Source: Chrysomallon squamiferum (lineage: Eukaryota; Animalia; Mollusca). Taken from it: DNA of 64,000 nt. The stretch lies in the NCBI GenBank assembly GCA_012295275.1, contig CM022672.1, positions 31,062,001 through 31,126,000 of the forward strand. The letters are read 5' to 3'. A program made the translations under genes and the position numbers. Numbering within the stretch: the first letter of the stretch is position 1; each line of letters starts with the position of its first letter. Under the pieces are notes generated by a model. It did not search any database. It had not been told where the DNA came from and saw only the letters and a list, made by a program, of their open reading frames with translations. This document shows, piece by piece, positions 52,241-64,000 of this stretch.

Positions 52241-52478
52241 CTTATATTTTTTTATTATTATTATTATTTTTTAAAATATGTTTAATAATTTGCATTGACT
52301 CGTAAGCTGGCTTTGCAAACATGTTCCCATAATATATTTTATCTACAAACTGTCTTCTCAACTGTTCTTTAGACATTTCTGCAACCAAAACGGGTTTCGA
52401 ACCATACTTTTATTTTTTTCTTCTTTAATACTATTGATTATTTATTTTTTGGTTAGTTGCATTTTTAATTTATTTTTA

Positions 52479-52512
<34 letters not shown>

Positions 52513-52551
52513 TTTGTTGTTTGTTTATTATTTTCCGTGCGTGGATATGTT

Positions 52552-52587
<36 letters not shown>

Positions 52588-54165
52588 CGGTTCGGATTTC
52601 AGTTTACTCTTTTTTAATTTAAAAATATTCTCATTAGTATATTTAAACAGCACGTTTATAAATAAAATAAGTACAATAATAATAATTGGTCCGCATTTCA
52701 GTTTAAACTGGTTAATTTACAACTGTTCACACCAATGTATTTTAAACAAAGCGCATTTATTAGGACGTTACTAAAAAAAAAACAATTAAAACAACTAAAA
52801 CGATGACGACGACAATACTAATCTGTGTCAGCATCACACCCAGAAGTTTCTTTTTTTATAATAATAAATAATGAGTGGTGAAACTTTTCAAACAAAAATC
52901 TCTGCTGCAGCTTCAAGTGTCGCCTTGCCAACCACTGCCCCCTTGTCAATCGGACTAGCGAACGTAATGTCATTCTTCCGGCTTGTTAGTGCTTTGAACG
53001 TTAATCATATCATACGTTCAGAAATTACGTAAAAACCCGTCAGCTTTCAAAAACCGACATCATTACCAAAATTTTATTAGGCGCGCGTTGGACCTATCTA
53101 TTCTAGAATCAGTTGCAAACGAATCGACTATAAATTTAACGATTTTCATCTCCAGGACGGGGGATGTTGTATGATGAATTGAATAAAAAAAAAAATAATA
53201 ATAAAAAAAACATAATCTAACAACTTCATGATGGAATGAACATGTCAGAACCATACATTCTTTCTTCTCGTTGACAAGTGATTACCTTAATTGTTGTTTC
53301 CGCATGAAAAAAAAAGGCGCACACGCTCGTGCTTAAAGAGTGTTAAAAATGAGAAAAGGCTAGTGTCTGCTTCTATTGACAACCGGTGGTACAAAGCACG
53401 TGGCGGAGTGAGGTCTAACAACGTCGATTCTTCGAATGGAAGTTTTTTTTAAATGCTTGTTCTGTTTGGTAAGGAGTTTGGTGGCATGAACGTGACGATA
53501 TTGAAGATGAACGTCGTGTGCGAATTATCATTTGTAGAATCCAGGGACAAGAAGTGAAGAAGAGAGATTTTAAGGACAAAACGCCAATTCTACTTACTAG
53601 GTGCTCTAAGCTGACAAGTAGGGTCGTTCACACAGTTAACAATATGATCCAATTAAAAGCGGGGATTTGCTATTTAGCGAAGTGCTCAATCAAAATATAA
53701 ATTACTTCTCTCGATGTTAATGTCGGTTTAAAGTAAACTGGCGTGTCGATTTTTTCCCAATTAGAACCGCAACGACCATTTCGAGTGGATGCAGCTATTC
53801 ACAAGCCGCTTTCAGACTGCACTGGTTTTCTTTCGTTTACCGCAGTTTACGTTCCACGGCAAGAAGTCCCAAAGCCATAACTCGTACGGCAAGAAACTTT
53901 AACCACAGCGGCCTTTTCACACTTCTTAATTACTTTTAATATCCAGATACCCTTTGGTCACATTTAACGACGACTAGAAGACTATGCCTATTAGCTGTCA
54001 CTTTGCCGTGTTCACTAAATAAACGATTTTGAGACCAGGTTTTCTTAATAATTCTCGTTTTAATAAAATGAGAGTTAATATTCGTCTGTCACAAAAAAAA
54101 AAAAAAAAAATAGGGTTCTTTTTTCTTCTTCTTCTTCTTATTATTATAAGTTTATTATTATAATG

Positions 54166-54213
<48 letters not shown>

Positions 54214-55419
54214 TTAATTATTATCATTATATTTTTATTTTTACAAAGACAACAACAACTACTACTACTACTACACAGTAAAAACAACAATACCAAAGTG
54301 AAACATATATTTTTACCCTAGCAATTCAAACGAATTTGATAGATCTTCAGTAGATGGTAATGTTATTAAAAAGACGAAATATATTATGCATTGATGACGT
54401 ATTACATTTACTACTACTATTACTACAGCGACGACTACTACCACAGTTGCTAACAAAATATTTTAAGCGCTAATGAAATTTTACATTTTCTACTACTACT
54501 ACTACTACTACTACTTCTATTAACAACTAATTCTTAAAATATTGTACGTATTAATGAAGAATTATATTTACCACCACTACTACTTTTTCTAGTACTAATA
54601 CTTCTACTACTTCTTACTACTTCTACTAACTACTTTTATTTCTTAATAAAATATTTTAAGTGTTGATGACGAATTATTTTAACAACCTCAACTACTACTA
54701 CTGCTACATAACGACGATCACAACAACCTCTGATAGCATTATTAGCAATATACCAACTAAAACAACTAATGCTTTGATATGAAAAATAAGTTAAACAAAA
54801 AAAATAAAATGAGAAATATCTTGTGTTTATCATCATTATACTTTGTTAATTACAAATTTATTTTTAGGACAAAGTGTTTATAGCTGCTAAATCTTTCAAT
54901 TTACATTTGTATTAAATAAATAAATAAATAGTTATTATTCAGAAAAAATTGTGAGATGATGAATTAGATAATATATAAATAAAATAATAAATAATAATAA
55001 ATAAATAAATAAATGTTTATCATTCAAAAAAAGTGTGCGATTATGAATTAGACAAGAAATAATATATATAATATATATTGGGGGTTTCGTTATGGCTTTT
55101 GTTTTCAAATAAATAAATAAATATTGCGTTATACATTATACTTTAAAAATTCAATACAGCTGAAAACAAAAGTAAATAAGGAAGAACTTTGAAAATAATA
55201 AATTATTTATATATATATATATATATTTGAAAACTTATATGAAGGTGGTTTTTTCTGTTCATTTAAAATCATCCATTATATGGTATTTCCCATCAAATTA
55301 ATTAATTATGACTATTACTAGTAATACTGCTCTACTATTACTAGTACTGCTACCATCACAACTATAAGTACTACTATTATTGCTTAGGTTTTTACATTAA
55401 GTTGGTCGCTAATATTATT

Positions 55420-55696
55420 GTTATTGTTAGTAGTAGTAGTTGTAGTTGTAAACAGTGGTAGTAGTAGTAGGAGTAATAGTATTGTATGTAATAGTAGTGG
55501 TAGTCGTAGAAGTAGTCGTGGTGGTAATGGTAGTAGTTGTAGTAATAGTCGTAGTTACTTTAAAAGCAATTGTAATTGTAGTAGTAGTAGCAATGGTAGT
55601 AGTAGTAGTAGCAGTAGTAGTAATAATAATCGTAATATCAGTAGTAATAGTAGTACTAGGGGAAGTAGTAGTAGTAGTAATATCCGTAGTAGTAAC

Positions 55697-55742
<46 letters not shown>

Positions 55743-55800
55743 ACAACATTAGTAATAGCAGTAGTAGTAATAGTAATAAAGTAGTAATTATTATTATTAT
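55420..55800. repeat. Degenerate (AGT)n microsatellite
   Basis: Directly visible. Confidence 0.9.
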
Positions 55801-57242
55801 TATGATTGTGTTTGAAACTCTTCTTGTTTTTCGTTTTGGTTGTTTTATTTATTTTTAAACTAACGCCCTAAAAACAAACAGTATCAAAATAACAGTAATA
55901 CGAATAGCTGTAAATCATCAGTAGTTTTATCATTAGAAGTGGTTGCATTTGTTGTTGTTGTTGTTGTTGTTGCAGTTGCAATAGTACCAGCAGTGGTAAT
56001 AATAATCATTATCACACTCATCATCATACACAGCAACAATAATATTTCTACAGCCGAGTCTGGAATAAGATGCGAAAATGGTGATCTATTTTTTTATTTT
56101 TTTTCAGACTGTCCCGGGACTAGATTAAAAAACAGAAACAATTCTTTGGGACTTAATCTTTTTTAATCCGTGTTTGTGTATCTAATTAAAAAGCGGTGGA
56201 CATCAAGATTCTACCGCACGGTGGTTAACAGCTTGGGCGTTACCCCCGCCACATTTTCGAGTCGTCTGAGTGAAAATTAACACTATCGGTGAGAGGTTCC
56301 GCTAACTAAATACAAACCCTCGGGCAATTTGCGGTTACATTTTTTTTTTTTTTGTTCGTGAACGTTAACCGAAAGACAGTGTTTAGTTAATTAATTCTTC
56401 ATTTGAAAAAAAACGTATAATTTTTGTGTAAACATCCAGAATGTTTTTTTTTTTTTTTTTAATACAGAGTGAATAAAATTACAGACATAATAGTTAGTTT
56501 TGTTTATTTACTGTTTTATTTTTATTTTTATTTTATTTCCTTGTTTGTTTGTTTGTTTGTTTGTTTGTTTGTTTATTCGTTTAATAGTTTTTTTTTAATC
56601 TTGTTTTGTGTTTTTGTTGTTTTTTGTTCTGCGTGTTTCTGTCTGTTTAACGTTTGTTTAGTTTATTTTATTGTTTGTTTTTTTGTTTGTTGTTTTAACA
56701 GGTTTTTTGTTGTTGTTGTTGTTGTTTTTTGTTCTGCGTGTTTCTGTCTGTTTAACGTTTGCTTATTTTATTTTTTGTTTGTTGTTTTAATAGCTTTTTT
56801 GTGTGTATATGCCCTTATGTGTCTGTTAAAGCTATAACTGTTGATTTTTACTTTACAAGTATGTAAATGAACGGGTTTAAATAAATAAAATGTGCAGTTA
56901 GGATTTTTATTTTCATATATATATATATATATATATCCTAATTATTGCATTTTTTCTTCTGGGCTGTATATATTTTAATTATCTAACCTTTATACAAAAT
57001 ATCTAGATGGTCATATCATATGGATGAATAATTCCCGTTCGAAATTATTTAGTAAATAACAAAGCAAGTTATTTACGTATATATATATAAAAAAAGTTTA
57101 TCTAATTAGAAAGTTTTATTATAAGATAAAAATCTGTTAAACCTTTTTAAAATAATATTTCATTTTTCCTTCACATTCGTTCATCATATAATAATAACAG
57201 CAACAACATTTATATATATATATACTGAATATTATTATTATT

Positions 57243-57290
<48 letters not shown>

Positions 57291-57305
57291 ATTTTTGTAG
57301 TTATC

Positions 57306-57338
<33 letters not shown>

Positions 57339-57382
57339 GTCTAAGCAATTTTTATAGACCTGTATAATATTTATATATACTG

Positions 57383-57448
<66 letters not shown>

Positions 57449-58096
57449 TTTTTTATTACGTAATTTTTACAATTCTGAAACCTCTGTATAACATTACATA
57501 CATTTACACATGCAGCACATAACCAGGATTACGCGATTCAGCATCGTGACGTAATCGATTAATGATTTAAAGATATTACTGTTCTCTTTCAGCGCTAAAC
57601 ATTAACACCAAATCAGATCAGAACTTACTAATAAGATAACTAACAGCACAGTGGCTTGTATCTAAGGACAAAAACCAGATTTTTGTTTAATAACCTTATC
57701 AACTTATATTTTAACCTACCAGGGCGCGTCAGATCGGCCCAAACGATTTAATTTGTTTAAGAACAGAGATTTCGCACGCCTGCAGCGTATGGTGGAAAAT
57801 GAAACGAAATTACGAGCCGATCGGAAACCGGTTGGCTGTGGTCGTTAATCCTAAATGATTGGAATATTCAGGAATGCTCGCGTCTGTTGAACTATTACGA
57901 CTGGTTTTAATCATAAATATAATCCTTTTTTTTTCGTTTTGGTATACAGTTACGAATGTATGTCATTTCAAGTTTCAGTTTGTAAATAAATTTAGTTTTT
58001 CGTATTGCTTGAATGCAGTTTGAAACAAATAAGAATGTATCATGATAATCATCATTATGATTATGATTATTGTTATTGTTGTTGTTGTTGTTGTTG

Positions 58097-58140
<44 letters not shown>

Positions 58141-58486
58141 GTTGTTGTTGTTGTTGTTGTTGTTATTGTTGTGTTTTTTTGTATTTAATATCATCATCAT
58201 CCTGGTTATGTGTTTTAAGTGGTTGTGACGAAAACATAAGTGTTCCAGTGTTTTCGTGCAGTGTTTATCTGTTTATCTGTCTATTCATCTGTCTGTCTGT
58301 CTATATATCTGTTTACATTTATTTTTTATTACAAATTGACACATTCAGAATTATAAAAATATGGAAACACTATATTGAAGTATATTTGCAATCATATATT
58401 TATTTATTCCTTCCGTTTTGATCCAATGGTTTATATTTTTAAAAAAATGTATGTGAGGAAACGTGTTATATTATTATTATTATTAT

Positions 58487-58528
<42 letters not shown>

Positions 58529-59096
58529 CAGTAGTAGTAGGAATAGTAGGTTGTAGTGTTGTTGTTGTTGTTATTATTATTTTTATTCAGCAGTAGTAGT
58601 AGTTGAAGTAATAGTAGTAGCAGTAGAAGTAAATACGTTTCCCTATGCTTTTGTGCTTATTTTATATAATTCCACCGACACGTGGTGACATTGTAATAAT
58701 ATTAATTATAAATTATAATTAACACTCGGTATAAGAAATTCTTAAACGAATATAAATAAAAGAAAAATTTCATGTATTAACTTATATTTTTATATCCATA
58801 TAAGAAAGAAAAAGAAACACAAAACAACAACAACAACAATAACAACAACAGAGTAAAATTGACGCTATTATATGGTTATTTCATGAAAAGAAAAAGAAAA
58901 CAAGAAGAAAATAAAAATATTTTTCTTCTTTTCTGAAAATCCCGATAAACTATGGCAAAATGCAGTTTATTATTTTCTTTAAAACTGAAAATTGTAAGGT
59001 TGAAATATAAATTTCAAATATTTTAAATGCAAACATTTCAAAATTACTCATCGTACTCTGACGTTAATTAAAAATTACTTGAAATATGAGAAACAA

Positions 59097-59183
<87 letters not shown>

Positions 59184-59341
59184 ATTAGAAATAACTAGTT
59201 CAACAACAAAATTATTGAAATATTATTTAATAAATTTTTGTAATATTGTTACTTAAAATATGCAGTTAAAAGTCTACTGATTTTAATAATGAGATTAGAT
59301 ATAGCATGTTTAACTAAACTAAACTAAACTAAACTACTACA

Positions 59342-59372
<31 letters not shown>

Positions 59373-59924
59373 ATAATAATAATAATAATAATAATAAATG
59401 AATAATAGAAGATCATTCTTCAACCAAAATCAGCGATACAAAAAGTCATCGTATAAAATTTTCAGGAATATTTTTAAAATATTGAACAATTGGTCTACTG
59501 CTCTTAATTCTTCTTAAAACAAAAACTGTTTAATCTCTTTTTCAACATATTTAATCTACAACAAATGTTCTAACTTCATTAAAGAAGAGAACGATGTTAA
59601 ACTCGTCTGGCTTAATTAAGTTACGGTAGCGAACGTAAGATCATAAGTATACAGACAACGCGAAAAAAAAAATGACCATGCTTGATCCGAATTACTTGTT
59701 CAGCTGGCTTTTAAACAAGGCAGTGAGTGGGTCGTTTTATTTAACACTTGAAGGTCAAGCTTTCGCAGAACACAACAATCAAATTACTTATTGTTCTAAA
59801 GCTAAAAAAAGCTGGGTATTTAAAACGTGGGTTAACAATGAATAGAGGAACAAAGCAGCACTCGCTTATTAAAACAGAAAAATTAATTGGAAGAGAGAAA
59901 TAAAGATGCACGCGCCCGTAACGA

Positions 59925-60200
59925 ATCTCGACCAATGAAATTGCTCTGCTATTACTTCGCGGAGATCTCGACTTTCCGCAAGAGCCAATGTAATGAGGGA
60001 ATAATTGAGATGATCAGTCAGTTTTAACCTGACGAGGTAACCGTTTGAGCTGGTCTGTGTAACTTCATTTCAAAGTGAAAATAAAATAAAATAATAGTAA
60101 TAATAAAGAAAAAGAATAATAGATTTATTTTTGTTCGATGTCCACCAGAAAATATTCGCTACAGAGATGAGTGTTATCATGGGACGAGAGTCAAGTAAGT
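59925..60200 (+). promoter_or_regulatory. Possible promoter / first exon of a gene extending beyond the window
   Basis: CCAAT at 59932 and 59985, Inr-like TCAGT at 60014, donor CAA|GTAAGT at 60195, local CpG richness. Confidence 0.25.
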
Positions 60201-60523
60201 AACATTAAAAATTATTTTTACTTTTATTTATTTATTTATTTTTTTTCAATTAATAATTTCACGTTTTACCAGAATCATTTCATTTTAAATACTACTGCTA
60301 ATTAATTAATTTATTTATTAGTTAATAATAATAATAATAATAATTATTATTATTATTATTATTATTATTATTGTTATTATTATTATTATTATTACAATTA
60401 TAATAATAATAATAATTATCATCATCAGAGAATAAAATGTAATTAATATTAATAATTTAAAAAAAAATTAAATTCAGAAAATAAATTTTAAAAATATTAT
60501 CTAGTATTACATCGCATTTTAAT

Positions 60524-60626
<103 letters not shown>

Positions 60627-61729
60627 ATATGTATGTATGTATGTGTGTGTGTACATATATATATATATATATATGTTTAAAAATAAGTAAATAATAATGA
60701 TGATAATAATAATAATAATATAAAGACGACATTGTAAATCAGCTGAGTTTGTACTTACATTCTATTTACATTACTATTTTAAAGCTGAAAATTTAATATA
60801 CTTTTAATCAACAGCATATAATAGATGCATAAAACGGAAATATATGAAATTCAAATTAACGTAATGGAATAATTTAAATGATTTAAACTGAATATGTTTT
60901 AGTTGTTTGTTTCTTTTATACATTTTTGAAAATATTTATTTATTTATTTACTTACTTTATTTATTTATTTTATTATTTTTGTTAATAAATAAATATTGCA
61001 TTGTATCTTATGCTTTAAAAATCAATATTATTATTATTTATAAAGTTTTCTTTATTTATGTATCTTTCTAGTATGTCAATGAAGTTCATTTTAACTGTTA
61101 AATAGTTTCAGGATAATGCAGAGAGGCTCGACATTTACAAAAATGACGTAATAGTATCATACAGGTTTACATGTTTCAAACTGTTCTTCACCTGTAGTTA
61201 TTATTAAGAATTCTAAAATATTCCGTGTAATTCATACTGACGTCAGTATTCTAGTTTCTGCTACCATGAAAATTAGTGTAAAGTAATTTTTGAAAAATTA
61301 ATAAATAAAATATTTTGGGATAGAGTTCGGTCATAATATATATTATTTAAAAAAAAATTATCGTTACTTTTTATTAAGTTTTTGTGAATAATTTGTAGTG
61401 GACTCGTTATCGTTTTTATATATATTTTTTTATTATTTAATTTTTTTTATTTTTATTTTTATTTTTATTATTATTTTTTTTTTTTTTGCTTTTAGCCCTC
61501 TCTGTCTCTCTTTCGTTTGTTTTTATTTCTGATTTTACTTTATTTTATTTTATTTATTTATTGTAATATATATATATATATATATCATGTTGTAACTGAA
61601 TTTGCAAAATAGTTTAAAACATAGATATTATTTGTCTGATTACATATATTTTAGTACGTTCTCACAAGATGAAATAGCATTTAAATTGTATGAAATTAAT
61701 TTAACATATTCCTAATTTAAGGTTAAACA

Positions 61730-61762
<33 letters not shown>

Positions 61763-62729
61763 TAATAATAATAATAACTGTAAGAATAACAATAAACACT
61801 TCGTTATCGTTATCATGCAGGCACGCATAAAATAATAATAAAATAATTTTTAAGGAAAGAATGAAAAAGACAAAAGAACAGACAATTAATTAAATATTTA
61901 TACAGTAGATTAACATATTTACTACGCTTTGTATTAATTCTGCAAAAATCAAAGACTGGTGATGTGTTGTGTATTCATGTTTGATGGAAATTAATATACT
62001 TTATTAATTTCATTAGAATATGTTCTGGAAAAAGAAAATAAATTAATATAAACCCCCACCCCCAAAACCCCAACATTTTGTGAATTAAATTTTAAGGCAT
62101 AATTCTTATAAATACACTTATATATACAAAACGAAAATAGACGCGCTTTTTTTGCTTACAGGGGCACAAACAAATAAATATAATAAATAAATAAATAAAT
62201 TTTCAACAAATATTTACCACAGTTGCTATAAAATTAAAGCTTAAAATTCTGAATATTGAGAATAGTAAATTAGTTTTTTATTATCTGTAACGGCAAAAAA
62301 ATAAAAATATCTGCGTAAAATATTTCATTAATTATTGGTTATTTAAAACAATCTTTCTCAAATTTTACACAGATTTTCCAAAAAAACAAAAACCCAGCGA
62401 ATTAAATAATTTTAGATATTAAAATAAATAATAAATTATAATAATTAAAAATTACACTGTCTTTTATAACATTACAATATTGAAAAAATAAATTTATGTG
62501 ATTAGGTACAACAACAACAACAGCCTAGTTGTAGATGCAGCAACGGAAATAAAATAACAATGATTGTGGCAGTCGTAACAGTGGCAGTAGAATTTTTTTA
62601 AACTGCAATGATAAAGCATTAACAAATATTAATAAGTACTAAAGTATATTTTCACAATAAATAAGTAAAATTGCGTTATGTTAATAAAATTTAGTTAAGA
62701 TTATTTCACTTAATGAATAATATTAACAA

Positions 62730-62803
<74 letters not shown>

Positions 62804-63158
62804 TAATAATAGTAATAAATAAATAAATAAATAAATGAAATTAAATAATAATTAAAGAAAGAATGAAAGAAAGATAGAAAGAAAATAAGAAAGAAAGCAA
62901 AAGATCCGGAACAAAAGTGAACCCTGTAGAGAGAGCGTGGTTTAAAGCTAAGTACAGTTTTTGACTTCATCAGTGAATTATAAACCAGACTTATACTGAG
63001 TGTCTCCTGGGAAGAGGAAGAATAGAGTCACGTTAAGAACCTAAAACAATTACAGGTGTGTGTATGTTCAGGTGTGTGACCTACATAGTTTTATATTTTA
63101 GAGGACTTTTGTTATAAGAAATGTGGACAAATCCGAGATGATACTCCGAATTTGTGCT

Positions 63159-63197
<39 letters not shown>

Positions 63198-63467
63198 TAA
63201 AAAGTCAAAGAAAGCAATGATTTAAGACTTTAACTCATTTTAAAAAATAATAATAATAATATAATTTAAATAACGGTTAACACATCTTTAAGTACCAAAG
63301 TGTGAACTATAAATATATAAAATCAAATTTATTATCTGAATTAGAAATTTGTATAAATTTAATTTTATACTTGACGATAAATAATTTAGCTCTACCTAAA
63401 TTTTTTTTTTTCCTTTTTTTTTTTATCTCGTTTTATTTATTTATTTATATATTTATTTAGTTAGTTA

Positions 63468-63516
<49 letters not shown>

Positions 63517-64000
63517 GCAGAGCGCTATAAAATAAGCAAAAACAAGAAAAAAAGATGGGGAAAGAATATCTAAGAAAAAAAAAAACAACTAATACCCTGT
63601 ATTTTTTGAGTGAATAGAAATAACTTCGGAATCATTATATGGCTGGCCAACTTAGAACAAAATAAAAAAATAAAAAAATAAATAATGAAATAATGAAATA
63701 ATGAATAACTATTAATAATCATAAACAGTTATGTGGAAAACCCTAAACAATATAATTACAAAAAAGATAGAAGGAAAAAAAAAGAAGATAATAAAGCATA
63801 TAAAATAAATCATAAAACGTTTTTAAGGTCAGTACAAGAAAAGGTCACACATTTGTCCTTAAGACCGGCTTATAAAATTATGGGGACACGATCGAGTGAC
63901 GTCATGTTATAGACTGGTTTTCGCCTCAGTCAACGATTCGAATGAAAGGCAAATCTATTAATCCCTATTATGTCCTCTGACTGCTATGTTGAAGTCAAAT

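Overview
AT-rich, microsatellite-dense metazoan genomic DNA (probably a lophotrochozoan such as a mollusc; this is an inference). It holds two convergent, intron-rich genes. (1) Plus strand: the 3' part of Slit (last LRR domain, EGF1-6, laminin-G, EGF7, C-terminal cystine knot; exons 1833-16561, stop at 16559-16561) followed by a probable long 3' UTR. (2) Minus strand: a complete DHX9 / RNA helicase A / maleless orthologue, 30 coding exons from ATG 51466 to stop 23145, about 1287 aa after correcting one homopolymer frameshift (dsRBD1, dsRBD2, MTAD, DEIH helicase core, HA2/OB, RGG tail). 52.1-64 kb is CpG-richer, non-coding upstream DNA. Most ORFs in the supplied track are microsatellite artefacts. 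The best lead is in the DHX9 intron that splits dsRBD2: a candidate poison cassette exon with a consensus donor is base-paired to upstream intron by two nested perfect helices (13 and 14 bp) around a hairpin. This suggests structure-based autoregulation of a dsRNA helicase. A second theme is that many tandem repeats are copies of exon-intron junctions, creating arrays of decoy or recursive-type splice sites.
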